Numbered from the stretch's first letter, positions 19,301-28,535 are shown. The stretch is 64,000 nt of DNA from a bacterium (GCA_035454885.1 DATIGE010000021.1:8897-72896); one strand, 5' to 3'. Numbers and translations: made by a program. The notes: generated by a model from the letters alone, not told the origin.

Positions 19301-20411
19301 CATCCTCCTGTGGGAGCTCGCCCGCCAGGAAGGCGACGCGCACCAGATGCTGGACCTGACGGCCACCAAGCTCCGCGAGGACTTCGACTTCGGCATCCCG
19401 GACATCGGCTCCAGCGTGTGCAAGGACAAGAACGGCGACGAGGTCGCTGGGGACTCCTACAAGTGCTTCCCGTTCCCGCTGAACATCGAGAACGTCCTGG
19501 GCCCGACGACGATCCAGTATGTGGACTTCGACGGCGACGGCGTGCCGGGCACCGAGCACGATGCGCTCACGCCCATCATGATCCGCAACAACATGAATCC
19601 CTTCTATCCGCCCACGGTCCGGCTTGTCACGGCGAGCCCCATCGACGTCGGCGGCGACGGCGAAGGCGCCCCGACCGCCATCATGGCGGAATTGGAGATC
19701 GGTCTGGGCGACACCCTCATGACGCTCTTCGAGGAGAAGGTCGCCGATTGGAACGCCGAGGTCATCAAGGGCACGGGCGAGATCAAGAACTGGTGCGACT
19801 CGGACCGTTTCCCCGGCGCGAATCAGGAAGAATGCGACGCGAGCCGGATGCTCCCCATGGTGAGCTTCAAGGTCTCCGGACGCGTGTTCGTGACTCTTCT
19901 GGTCTGGGTGAAGGACGCGGGCATTATCCGCGCCGAGGGAGGTCTCTCCTCGATCATCAAGGCCGACGGCGGTTCCCCGGGCGAGGAGATGCAGCTCGAC
20001 AAGTCCAAGACGTATCTTGAGTTCTCGGTCCTGGACAACAACACGATCGTGCCGGACAACGAGATCGCCTCCGCCATGAAGACCCAGGTGGGGCTGATCC
20101 TGGAAAAATACGTCTTCGGCAACGCGCGCGACATCCGGATCAAGCTGCCGACCCAGTTGCCTCTGGAGGCCTACTGCGAGATTTATGCGGAAGACGATCC
20201 CGACACCTGCGAGTGCGTGAACGATCCTAACAAAGAGGACTGCGACCTGATCCACGACCTCCAAGATATCTGGGATGGGCTGGACCTGGAGCAGTACGGG
20301 TTCGAAGGCGTGCGCGTGGATCATCCGGTCCTGGGGATCACCGAAGACGACCTGCTGCCGGTCCGGTATCTCACCATCGGCACGGGGCTCACGTTCGACC
20401 TGACGGAATAA
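16311..20411 (+). CDS. giant secreted protein (1366 aa) with thrombospondin-type-3-like Asp-rich Ca-binding repeats
   Basis: Signal peptide MKRLVSKLAGWMVAGMILGVSSQAHA. Repeats such as DSDNDSIVDTEDDDADNDGICDKE and DQDDDNDGIPDSKD. Many Cys pairs. Confidence 0.7.
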   Translation: MKRLVSKLAGWMVAGMILGVSSQAHAALVCPDAHQPAGTAWCDGDASRFQADTLCVAEPVDGPPASSIDEEVVGAGVCINGKFKTADQLEQVADFVVSYDFPADPLLGPSGLFVPELETLAATGEFMTTVPLEDEGVFDIVIQGRVLTDDGAFTDVSIARRVLRVSKPHLTVTRARVGGATADCSASDPSCFGLHELEGDSDGDGICDGPVAIPNLCAAGPDTTDDNGPDGEPHTMEVTPPAVRSKTVELCVNSHDAEPPAGNSILVRAVNTITDDSVTPAKEVLVDASCAEAGSDVCQVSSDSFCPGGFRLTVPLGHGRNEIELFVNNLVTGSDIGAAQQISVVPFDVDLKGPDLCVRYLDEAGHAIDDVDGKSITADEAASVTVDVTLGACGGEEENVPETNPTSCDNSNPPACGTAAVCLQSNDEREGDNLDPKFVAMCKRTVDGKTHFQAAFPELRFPVNTATIKAVDALGNQTFETRAFGYGNVRPLFDAEKKFDLKAAMVDNGVGGFVKAGFVKDEVLPLLLKVVNSKKFVDDFFFQLMDPRQPSDQEISCLKSIEDDANCTFGHLASKERVVAIKTFCDADCSDEIGSIEIPSLYFLNQNRLRVQMKVKGFHGRAEMYTMRFIDSDNDSIVDTEDDDADNDGICDKELPAIGVCDDENHDGVCDKEISLTGTFGKGLNASRKCVLDKSVPRGSCPDVDAGDERYFGCSDQDDDNDGIPDSKDLPGRLVQDPDFATHVIPVKFTMKEMVLNLDVSFEKSADGRLHVGLTNAPDRKLMEFIADDKFPIEFDCDKDVSELYQGGYAGQEGNGRNLWIDSEVCRALENLNPVADQALFGEKPRKQQSTRKQLECTVEALVRCSIPKRLDATLDRFENDKVAPVSLTLLDNRFHMDFFAPLGSAGVTVDPRGLGFKGKGLLIPAGVSEKNDEAERDGKEFLNNLPEEFKTPKFGPLSKTGDDHMLDPIDAAQGMGNEVNLALNEETVNSALHSVGILLWELARQEGDAHQMLDLTATKLREDFDFGIPDIGSSVCKDKNGDEVAGDSYKCFPFPLNIENVLGPTTIQYVDFDGDGVPGTEHDALTPIMIRNNMNPFYPPTVRLVTASPIDVGGDGEGAPTAIMAELEIGLGDTLMTLFEEKVADWNAEVIKGTGEIKNWCDSDRFPGANQEECDASRMLPMVSFKVSGRVFVTLLVWVKDAGIIRAEGGLSSIIKADGGSPGEEMQLDKSKTYLEFSVLDNNTIVPDNEIASAMKTQVGLILEKYVFGNARDIRIKLPTQLPLEAYCEIYAEDDPDTCECVNDPNKEDCDLIHDLQDIWDGLDLEQYGFEGVRVDHPVLGITEDDLLPVRYLTIGTGLTFDLTE

Positions 20412-20421
20412 GGGAGTCTGT

Positions 20422-21387
20422 ATGTATACGACGGGATTATTGGGACAGCTCAATATGATGGCGGCGGGGCTCGGGAACTGGGTTCGCGCCGGGGCCCTGG
20501 CCTTGGGACTCTCCTCGATGAGCGGCGCGGTTGCTGGTTGCGGGTCCGGATCGGACCTTGGCGATTCGGGGATCGGTCCGATCGCCCCGCCGGATGGCAA
20601 TGACACGACGATCCCCAACACGCCCGAGGCCAATCTCGACGCCTGTCTCCCGGCCAATCCCCTGGGTAATCGCTTCAGCGTGCTTGTAGAAGGCGAGGGC
20701 GTCCGCCTGGGCGCGGGGACCCCGACCGACGGCAGCTTCCACATGGTCATGCCGAGTTCGAGTCTGACGATTTTGGGAAGCTCCGACGGACGGATCACGT
20801 TCCGCGGCCGCTTCAAATGGGACAGCGTCCCGTCCGAATGGGCGACGGTCGATCCCGACGCCCCGATCGGCCCTCTGGCCTTGTTCACCCAGGCCCGACA
20901 GTCCGGCCAGCCTCTCACGGACACGAATATGACCCGTGCGGGCCTGACCGGCCCCTGGGCGAATCAATTCCCGGCCTTCGCCGACAAGAACCGCGTGGGC
21001 TTCGCCTGGCCCGTGGAGGGCGTCCTCCATTTCGTCCGGGATTCGGCCGGCCATGTCTCCGATTGCGAGGTCGAGATGACCATCCGCTCCGCCGCCCGGA
21101 CCTCCAGCGGCATGGGACCCGCCCTGGACTACGGCGTCCTGTCGTTCTACGCGCCCCGCGCGGACGGCGAGGAGGCCATGGCGGAGGCGAATTTTGCCAA
21201 CGAAACCGTCGTCATCCTGGACGCTCCCATGGACGTCCTCTTGCCCGTCTCCGGTGAAGTCCAAGATGTCTGCGACGGCGATTGCGTCGACGTGCTCGGC
21301 GCCTCCAACCCCTCCCGCGTCCGCATGCGTCTGATCCGTTACACCCCAACGAGCGGAACGCCCGGCGACGGCGGTGCGGGCGGCTAG
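20422..21387 (+). CDS. hypothetical lipoprotein (321 aa)
   Basis: Signal and lipobox (AVAGC|GSGS). Starts 10 nt after the upstream stop. No known domain. Confidence 0.6.
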   Translation: MYTTGLLGQLNMMAAGLGNWVRAGALALGLSSMSGAVAGCGSGSDLGDSGIGPIAPPDGNDTTIPNTPEANLDACLPANPLGNRFSVLVEGEGVRLGAGTPTDGSFHMVMPSSSLTILGSSDGRITFRGRFKWDSVPSEWATVDPDAPIGPLALFTQARQSGQPLTDTNMTRAGLTGPWANQFPAFADKNRVGFAWPVEGVLHFVRDSAGHVSDCEVEMTIRSAARTSSGMGPALDYGVLSFYAPRADGEEAMAEANFANETVVILDAPMDVLLPVSGEVQDVCDGDCVDVLGASNPSRVRMRLIRYTPTSGTPGDGGAGG

Positions 21388-21448
21388 CTTCCTTTTCGCA
21401 AGCAACAAAAACGTACACCGGTCGAAGAGGCGAATGGAGACTTGATCC

Positions 21449-23353
21449 ATGTCCATTCCTCCCATTGCCTCCTCGACGTCCATAACGGGCGCGGCCGCAT
21501 TGACGCCGCTGTCCCTGCTCCAACAGATCGGCGTCACGAATCTCGCCGCCGGCGTTTCCGCCACGGAGATCCTTCGGACGGCCTTAAGCCCCCTCAACGA
21601 AAATTCGGAGCATTGCGAGAGTTTGTCGCTCTCGGCGGATGCGCGCCGGGATCTCACAAGCTTCGTCGAAGGAAATCATCCGGAGCCGTCCGAGGCCCTT
21701 CTGCAGGCCCTGGGCACAAAGGCCGCCGAGTTGAAGACGATCGTTCTGTCGGCGACTCCCGAACTTGTCGCTTCTTCGGATTCCGTCTCAGCGACAGGGG
21801 ATTCCGTCTCAACGACGGGAAGGATTGACCGCCGCGCCCTCGATTACACCGAGCTCTCGGATTCGGCCCGGCTTCAGCACGACGCGGCGGTTCGCGAGTC
21901 CGTCGACCGCCTGCTGGAAGGCATCCACGAGAGGTCGCGAGTCTCGATGGTGGCGACGCCCAAGGCGATCTCCCTGAAGGACGTTCTGGATCGTCCGGAG
22001 CAATACCGGGACAGGCCGCTGGAGATCGCCCTCTTCGACGTCGACGGAACGACCCACAAGGGAGAGCTCTTTTTCGAAGGGCAGTACTCGATTGAATGGC
22101 TCCTCCGCGACGTCCTTCGCTACGGCCCGAAGGCGACCGCCGGCTTTGGTTGGTGGCGCCTTTTGAAGGCCATTCCCGGGATCATCCGGCTCCGCATCCA
22201 AGAGAAGGCCCACGGTCCCGACCGGGCCCTTTTTGCCCGGACCTTCGAGCCCATCCTCAAGGGGCTCGACGCCAAGCGGGCTCAGGAGAGCCTGACGCGT
22301 TTCTACACCCGTTACGGAAGGCGGGGCGTCAGCGAATTCATGAAGACCGAATTTCAAAGGCACCGGCAAAAGAATCGCCTCATCATCGGCGTCTCGGCGT
22401 CCCTCGAATACCTGGTCAAGATGCACGCCAGGGACTTGGGGGTCCCCGAAGAGAACATGCTGGGGACCGTGATCGAAGTCGATAAGAACGAAAGGGCGAC
22501 CGGAAACTTCCGATGGCTGCACGGCGAGGAAAAGGTCGCCGCCTTGGAGGAATCCGTCTTCAAGCCCCTGCGCGACCGGGGCATCCAATTCAAGATCGTC
22601 ACGGGCTACTCCGATTCTCCGTCCGACCGTCCCATGTTGGATCTCGTCAAGCAGGACGGGGGCGTCGCTTACGCCACCAATCCTCCCAAAGAGGCGTTCA
22701 AGACGGAAACCCTGGCCGACGGGGGGATCGCCGTCGACGAGGAGGAGGGGTGGTTCGGCAACGGCGTCCGGCGGCTCACGTTCGCGACGTCCGAAACCGG
22801 GAAATTCGTTCACGAGGAGGAGACACCTCCGCGGCGTCCCGCTTGGGTCGGCGACGTCGGACGTTACGCCGTTCGTGTCTTCAGCGATACGGCGGGGGTC
22901 TTCGCGGCCGCCCCCGTCTCCGAAGCCGCCCATCAGGCCATGACCCACGGCGGTCATGCGAATGTTTCCTGGGACCTGATGGCCTCGGCGCCCAGCATGG
23001 CGGTCGGGGCCTTCTTTGCCTCGGCCGTGACCACGTTTCTCGTGCCGCCGGACGGGCCCGTCTCCGGGTGGCGGAGGTCCTTGTTGCGCGGGATGATTCC
23101 CGTCGCCGCGGCCATGGCGGCGGGCGGACATTCGATCGGATTTCTGCCGACTTTGGCGGCGGCCTTTATCGCGTCGGCCGGCGCGGAGCTGGTGACGGTC
23201 GGGGGACGGGTGACGGGACTGAGGCGATGGCGGGGCGGCGACGAGCGAAGGAATCCCGCGGGCAAGACGTTCGGTTTCTGGGGGCTCCGCTCGCTCCAAT
23301 TTACCGCCTACCGCGCGCTGGCGTTCCTCTTCCAGAGAAGCCTCGGCGCCTAG
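21449..23353 (+). CDS. HAD-superfamily subfamily IB hydrolase fused to an N-terminal extension and a C-terminal hydrophobic (membrane) region
   Basis: HAD motif I IALFDVDGTTHKGELFF, motif II GVSAS, motif IV GYSDSPSDRPML (SerB-like HAD-IB). About 180 extra N-terminal residues. The C-terminal 150 aa are rich in A/G/hydrophobics. Confidence 0.7.
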   Translation: MSIPPIASSTSITGAAALTPLSLLQQIGVTNLAAGVSATEILRTALSPLNENSEHCESLSLSADARRDLTSFVEGNHPEPSEALLQALGTKAAELKTIVLSATPELVASSDSVSATGDSVSTTGRIDRRALDYTELSDSARLQHDAAVRESVDRLLEGIHERSRVSMVATPKAISLKDVLDRPEQYRDRPLEIALFDVDGTTHKGELFFEGQYSIEWLLRDVLRYGPKATAGFGWWRLLKAIPGIIRLRIQEKAHGPDRALFARTFEPILKGLDAKRAQESLTRFYTRYGRRGVSEFMKTEFQRHRQKNRLIIGVSASLEYLVKMHARDLGVPEENMLGTVIEVDKNERATGNFRWLHGEEKVAALEESVFKPLRDRGIQFKIVTGYSDSPSDRPMLDLVKQDGGVAYATNPPKEAFKTETLADGGIAVDEEEGWFGNGVRRLTFATSETGKFVHEEETPPRRPAWVGDVGRYAVRVFSDTAGVFAAAPVSEAAHQAMTHGGHANVSWDLMASAPSMAVGAFFASAVTTFLVPPDGPVSGWRRSLLRGMIPVAAAMAAGGHSIGFLPTLAAAFIASAGAELVTVGGRVTGLRRWRGGDERRNPAGKTFGFWGLRSLQFTAYRALAFLFQRSLGA

Positions 23354-23422
23354 CTCTCGACAAACTCCTTGAGTTTTCTCTCCCCATTAGAGTAATCCAG
23401 CGGGTCTATTTCCAGACCACGC

Positions 23423-24850
23423 ATGCCAAAATTCTCTCGAAAAACCGCAGCCTTGCTGTTCTTTTTTTTCCTGTATCCGCTGCTTTCCGCGCCGGTTTCC
23501 GCCCAGCTTCTGGGCGGTGGCGACGAGGAGGAATCCTCCGGAAGGACGCTCGAGACGGCGACGGAGAAGGCGAAAAAGCTTTTCGGCGGCGGTTCCGGCG
23601 ATCTTCACCGTCTCACCCTCGACGACTGCGTCCAGAGGGCCCTTGTCTACCAACCCGAGCTGCAGGTGGCCGACTACAGCATCGAGACGGCCAAAGAGAA
23701 AAAAACCGAGGCGAGCCGCATCGGATATCCCATCTTTGATTACGAGTACCAGCTGGCGCCGGTCCCTCAGGACGTCGGCCGCGCGATGGAGAGTTTCTTT
23801 TCGGGCGATATCTCCGTCTTGAACAAGTTCAAGTTGGGCATCGGAGTCCCGATCAACACCTTCGGCAAGGTCAAGACGGGTAAATCACTGGCCGACACGG
23901 GCATCGAGGCCGAGCGGGAGAAGAAGACCCAGAAAAAAGGGGACATTGTCCTTAAGGTCAAACAGCTCTATTACGGCATCTTGCTCGCCGAGGAAGTGAG
24001 CCGCCTCTTGGACTCGGCGCATGGGGGTGTCGATAAGCAGATCAAGAAGAGGGAGGACGAAGGCGGCAGCGACCCCACCGAACTGCTCAAGCTCAAACTC
24101 TTCCGAGCGGAGCTGGAAAAGAAGATGGAGGAGGGCGACAAGAAGCAGATACTCGCCCGCGAGGCGCTGCGGGTCCAACTGGGTCTCGATCCCACGACGC
24201 GTTTCGACCTCGCGACCGACAAGCTCAGGCCGCTCGTGCGGAGGCTGGGTTCGTTCGAGGATTACAAGAAGGAAGCGTGGGAGAACCGCAGCGATCTCAA
24301 GCTCCTGGAGCTGGGTTACGAAGCCAAGGCCAAGCAAGTGAAGTTGGAGAAGAGGCTCATGGCCCCGAACCTCGGCGTGGGCGCGTTTTTCGAGATCGGC
24401 CGCGCGCCGGGCGTGACGGGCGTGACGACGACGGACGATTTCAGCGACCCGTTCAACTTCACGCGCGCCGGCATCGGCCTCCAGCTCAAAGGACAGTTCG
24501 ACTGGCATACGGGGTTTTCGAAAGTACGGCAGGCCAAGAGCGAACTCTACAAGATCGAGGTCCAGAAAGAGCTCGCCCAGGACGGCGTGGACTTGGACGT
24601 GAAGGAGGCCTTCCTGGACGTTCGGAACACCAAGTTGGATGTCGACCGGGCCGAGGAGGCGGGGAAGCTTTCGCGGCAGCTGCTTTTTCTCACACAGAGC
24701 AATTATGACATCGGGCTTGCGGAGCCCAAGGATTTGATCGAAGCTCTGTCCGGTTTTTTGCAGACGCGCGGACAGTACTTCGAGTCCGTGTTCAATTATA
24801 ACGTTGCGGTGGCCAAGCTGGACCAGAAGATCGGACGTTTGCCGGAATAG
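23423..24850 (+). CDS. TolC-family outer membrane efflux/channel protein
   Basis: Signal peptide. Two-repeat coiled-coil/beta architecture. Sequence resembles OEP-family proteins, for example DDCVQRALVYQPELQ...NYDIGLAEPKDLIEAL. Confidence 0.75.
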   Translation: MPKFSRKTAALLFFFFLYPLLSAPVSAQLLGGGDEEESSGRTLETATEKAKKLFGGGSGDLHRLTLDDCVQRALVYQPELQVADYSIETAKEKKTEASRIGYPIFDYEYQLAPVPQDVGRAMESFFSGDISVLNKFKLGIGVPINTFGKVKTGKSLADTGIEAEREKKTQKKGDIVLKVKQLYYGILLAEEVSRLLDSAHGGVDKQIKKREDEGGSDPTELLKLKLFRAELEKKMEEGDKKQILAREALRVQLGLDPTTRFDLATDKLRPLVRRLGSFEDYKKEAWENRSDLKLLELGYEAKAKQVKLEKRLMAPNLGVGAFFEIGRAPGVTGVTTTDDFSDPFNFTRAGIGLQLKGQFDWHTGFSKVRQAKSELYKIEVQKELAQDGVDLDVKEAFLDVRNTKLDVDRAEEAGKLSRQLLFLTQSNYDIGLAEPKDLIEALSGFLQTRGQYFESVFNYNVAVAKLDQKIGRLPE

Positions 24851-24910
24851 CCCCGCTTCCCGCGGGGCAGTGCTCGCTACTGCTCGTAAAGGAAGCTAGA
24901 GGAGATAGGA

Positions 24911-25693
24911 ATGAAAAAAATACTCATCGCAGTGGGACTGATCGCCCTGGCTGCCGCGTGTGGCGAGAAACCCGAAATCGTTCCGGTCCCCGCCAAGCCG
25001 GCGGAAGCTCCCTTGGCGCCCGCAGCCCCCACGCCGGCGGCCGAAGAAACGAAACCCTTCGTCATCCCCCCTGCGGCCAAGAAACAGGCCAAGTATTTTC
25101 CGGAAGGGTCGCCCAGCCGCGCCATCCAGGACCTGGACGACATGCTCGACTCCTACGTGCTCGATCCTCAAACCGCCGAGCAGAGGCAATACAACGAGGA
25201 CCTGAAGCGGACGGTCATCAAGGGGACCTTCGACATCCGGGAGCTTTGCCGGCTGGCCCTGGACAAGCATTGGGGCGAGCGTACGCCGCAGGAGCAGGAC
25301 GCGTTCGTGGACCTCATGATCCGCCTTCTGGAGAAGAAGGCCATTTTTTCCAAGGAGCAGGGTCAGAAAAAGGCCAAGAAATCGAAAAACGTCTACTCCG
25401 TGACCTACGAGGGGCACAAGTTCACGAACCCGAACGAGTTGAATGCCCTGGCCATGAGCCTCGTGCACATCCCGTCTGAGTCTCTCAAGATCGAGCTGAA
25501 CTACAAGCTCAAGAAGGACGGGGGTTCCGCCGGAGGCGGGTGGAAGATCTACGACGTGATCGTGGACGGGGCGAGCCTCTTGGACAACTATAAGTACCAA
25601 TTCGACAAGATCATCGCCAAAGAAGGATATCCCAACCTCGTCCACCGCATGGAGTCCAAGCTCAAAGAGTTGCAGGAAAAAGATCAGAAGTAA
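24911..25693 (+). CDS. mlaC: MlaC/Ttg2D-family phospholipid-binding lipoprotein
   Basis: Lipobox LAAAC, then a Pro/Ala linker, then LALDKHWGERTPQEQDAFVDLMIRLLEK...KIYDVIVDGASLLDNYKYQFDKII, which matches the Tgt2/MlaC fold signature. Confidence 0.65.
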   Translation: MKKILIAVGLIALAAACGEKPEIVPVPAKPAEAPLAPAAPTPAAEETKPFVIPPAAKKQAKYFPEGSPSRAIQDLDDMLDSYVLDPQTAEQRQYNEDLKRTVIKGTFDIRELCRLALDKHWGERTPQEQDAFVDLMIRLLEKKAIFSKEQGQKKAKKSKNVYSVTYEGHKFTNPNELNALAMSLVHIPSESLKIELNYKLKKDGGSAGGGWKIYDVIVDGASLLDNYKYQFDKIIAKEGYPNLVHRMESKLKELQEKDQK

Positions 25694-25696
25694 GGA

Positions 25697-27103
25697 ATGT
25701 ACAAACGTTGTGTGATGATATTGGCCGACGGGGCGCGCGCCGACGTGATGCGCGACATGGCCGAACGGGGCAAACTTCCCGCCATCTCGGAGCACCTGAT
25801 CGCGCCGGGTTCGCTCCGGGCGGCGGTCACGGCCTTTCCCTCCACGACGGGACCGGCCTACCTGCCCTATCTGACGGGCTGCTACCCCGGAACCTGCAAT
25901 CTTCCCGGCATCCGCTGGTTCGACAAGGACCGCTACGCGGAGCGGCGTTTCTCCATGGACCGGTTTCGCAGTTACGTGGGTGCGGAGTCGTTCTACATGA
26001 ACGGCGACCTGGCGCCCGACAAACGGACGTTGTTCGAGATCATCCCGAAATCGGTGAACGTCTTCAGCAGCATCAATCGCGGCGCCGGACTCAATGGGGA
26101 TCGGACGAAGTTTTCCCGCATCTGGTATTGGTATTACGCCCACCTGACCGACCGCTGGGGGTTGGTGGACGAGGCGGCGGGTGGAAAAGTCGTCGAGGCG
26201 CTGAAACGCGACCCCGAGTTCGTTTTCGCGGTCTTTCCGGCGATCGACGAGTATTCGCATCTTTCGAGCCCCTTTCACCCGCGCACGATCGCGGCCTACG
26301 AGGGGTTGGACCGGGCGGTCGGAAGGATCGTCGCCGCCCTCAAGGCGCGCGGCCAGATGGAGGAGACGGCGATCGTCATCGTCAGTGACCACGGTCTTTC
26401 CGAAACCTCCCGGCATTTCCCTCTCAACCAATTTTTGGAAAAATCGGGGATCGAGACTCTCTATTATCCGAAGATCCTTTTCAAAAAGCGTATTGAGGCC
26501 GCCAGCATGGTCTCGGGCAACGGCATGGCGAACGTCTACCTCAAGAACGGACGGGGCTGGAAGGGGCGCACCCCTTGGGAGCATCTGGCGTCCCGCGAGG
26601 ACCGTTTGATCGACCGGCTGTTGGAGCAACCGGAGGTGGATCTTCTGGCCGCCCAAAGGTCCGACGGGGCCGTCGTGGTGAAGAGCAAAAAGGGCGAGGC
26701 GGCGATCTCGGAAAACGGAAACATCCGCTATGAAACGAGCGGCGGCGATCCCTTCGGCTATACCGGTCTGCCCGCGGCGATGACCGAGCGCGAATCGTTA
26801 AGATTGACGGAAAAGACCGACTATCCCGACGCCCCGGCGCAGCTCTTGCAGATCTTCCGGTCCCGACGGGCGGGGGACGTCATCCTTTCGGCCGCCAAGG
26901 GCAGCGACCTGCGTCTCCGCTATGAGATCCACGAGCACAAGTCCTCGCACGGCGCGCTTCATTGGGAGCACATGCAGGTTCCCTTGGTGACGAACGTACG
27001 TCTCCCCGAGGGCCCCGTGCGTTCCGCGGACGTCTTTCCGACGGTCCTCAAGCTCCTGGGCCGCCCCATCCCGGCCGCCATCGACGGCCGTAGTCTCATC
27101 TAA
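25697..27103 (+). CDS. alkaline-phosphatase-superfamily type I phosphodiesterase/nucleotide pyrophosphatase-like protein
   Basis: ILADGARADV...FPSTTGPAYLPYLTG...VSDHG metal-binding motifs of the AlkP/NPP family. Confidence 0.7.
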   Translation: MYKRCVMILADGARADVMRDMAERGKLPAISEHLIAPGSLRAAVTAFPSTTGPAYLPYLTGCYPGTCNLPGIRWFDKDRYAERRFSMDRFRSYVGAESFYMNGDLAPDKRTLFEIIPKSVNVFSSINRGAGLNGDRTKFSRIWYWYYAHLTDRWGLVDEAAGGKVVEALKRDPEFVFAVFPAIDEYSHLSSPFHPRTIAAYEGLDRAVGRIVAALKARGQMEETAIVIVSDHGLSETSRHFPLNQFLEKSGIETLYYPKILFKKRIEAASMVSGNGMANVYLKNGRGWKGRTPWEHLASREDRLIDRLLEQPEVDLLAAQRSDGAVVVKSKKGEAAISENGNIRYETSGGDPFGYTGLPAAMTERESLRLTEKTDYPDAPAQLLQIFRSRRAGDVILSAAKGSDLRLRYEIHEHKSSHGALHWEHMQVPLVTNVRLPEGPVRSADVFPTVLKLLGRPIPAAIDGRSLI

Positions 27104-27137
27104 GAGATTGACTTTATTTGACGCAGGGTGTTAGCTC

Positions 27138-27746
27138 ATGAATGAGTATTCATTCATGGAAACTCGGTCGGAAAAATCGCTTCGCATCCTGGACGCCGCC
27201 ATCCGCGTCTTCGCCCGGAAGGGGTTTTACAACTCGACCATCGCCGACGTCGCCAAGATCGCCGAGGTGGCGGAAGGCACGATCTATCTCTACTTCAAGA
27301 ACAAGGACGACCTCCTCATCTCCATCTTCGAGCACAGCATGGACCTCTTCATCGAGGTGGCGAAGAAGGAGCTGGAAGGAATCGATGACCCAAAGGAAAA
27401 GCTGAAGAAGTTCATTAGCCTCCACCTGCGCCTCGTCCAAAAGAACCCGGAGTTGGCCCAGGTCCTCCAAATCGAGCTCAGGCAGTCGTCGAAGTTCATG
27501 AAGGAATACGAAGGCGGCAAGTTCAGCGAGTACCTGAACGTCGTCCGGGGCATCCTGGAAGAGGGGCAGGCCAAAGGCGTCTTCCGGAAGGACTTGGAGC
27601 CGCGCGTGCTCCGGCGGGCGATTTTCGGTTGTGTCGATGAGCTGGCGCTGGAGTGGCTCCTGATGACGAAGAAAAAATACAGTTTGGAGACCTGCGCGGA
27701 GCAGGTGGGTGACTTGTTCATTCGCGGGATCAGTAATCAATCATAA
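27138..27746 (+). CDS. TetR/AcrR-family transcriptional regulator (FadR-like position ahead of etfBA-acd)
   Basis: N-terminal HTH ILDAAIRVFARKGFYNSTIADVAKIAEVAEGTIYLYFKNKDDLL. Gene order matches the Bacillus/Thermus TetR-type FadR operons. Confidence 0.8.
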   Translation: MNEYSFMETRSEKSLRILDAAIRVFARKGFYNSTIADVAKIAEVAEGTIYLYFKNKDDLLISIFEHSMDLFIEVAKKELEGIDDPKEKLKKFISLHLRLVQKNPELAQVLQIELRQSSKFMKEYEGGKFSEYLNVVRGILEEGQAKGVFRKDLEPRVLRRAIFGCVDELALEWLLMTKKKYSLETCAEQVGDLFIRGISNQS

Positions 27747-27758
27747 CGAGGTGAACTT

Positions 27759-28535
27759 ATGAAAATCGCAGTCCTCATTAAGCAGGTGCCGGACACCGAG
27801 ACCAAGATCCGGATCAAGGCCGACTCGTCCGGAACCGAAGCGGACGGGATCAAGTACATCATCAGCCCCTACGACGAATATGCGGTCGAAGAGGCCCTCA
27901 AGACCAAGGAGAAGGCGGGAGCCGGCGAGGTGGTCGTCGTGTCTCTCGGTCCTGCGCGCTGCGTGGAGGCGATCCGCACGGCGCTTGCCATGGGCGCGGA
28001 CCGGGGGATCCACATCGACGACGGAGGCATTCCGATGGACCCCTTCGTGACCGCGAAGGTGCTTGCCAACGCCCTCAAGAACGAGAACCCGAGCATTATC
28101 TTCACCGGCAGGCAGGCCATCGACGACGATGCGGCCCAGGTGCCTCAGATGGTCGCCGAGTTCCTGAACCTCCCCCAGGTGATGATCGCCGAAAAATTCG
28201 AGCTGAACGCGGCCAAGAACGGGGCGACGGTTTATCGCCGCGTGGGCGGAGGGGCCAAGGAGGTCTACGATGTCGCGTTTCCGGCGCTCGTCGGCGCCGA
28301 GAAGGGGCTCAACACGCCGCGCTACGCGTCGCTTCCGGGCATCATGAAGGCAAAGACCAAGCCCATGGCGGCGCTCAAGGCGAGCGACCTGGTCGGCGAG
28401 GCCAAGCCCAAGACCGTTAACACGAACTACCGCCTGCCGCCCGAGCGGAAGGCCGGAAAGGTCCTGCAGGGCGAGCCCGAGCAGGTGGTGAAGGAGTTGG
28501 TGAAGCTGCTTCGTGAGGAAGCGAAGGTCATTTAA
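27759..28535 (+). CDS. etfB: electron transfer flavoprotein beta subunit
   Basis: MKIAVLIKQVPDTETKIRI...ISPYDEYAVEEAL canonical EtfB. Confidence 0.9.
   Translation: MKIAVLIKQVPDTETKIRIKADSSGTEADGIKYIISPYDEYAVEEALKTKEKAGAGEVVVVSLGPARCVEAIRTALAMGADRGIHIDDGGIPMDPFVTAKVLANALKNENPSIIFTGRQAIDDDAAQVPQMVAEFLNLPQVMIAEKFELNAAKNGATVYRRVGGGAKEVYDVAFPALVGAEKGLNTPRYASLPGIMKAKTKPMAALKASDLVGEAKPKTVNTNYRLPPERKAGKVLQGEPEQVVKELVKLLREEAKVI

Noticed and set aside
17541-20924. 1127-aa minus-strand ORF
   Set aside because: Antisense to the 1366-aa secreted protein. Same reasoning.
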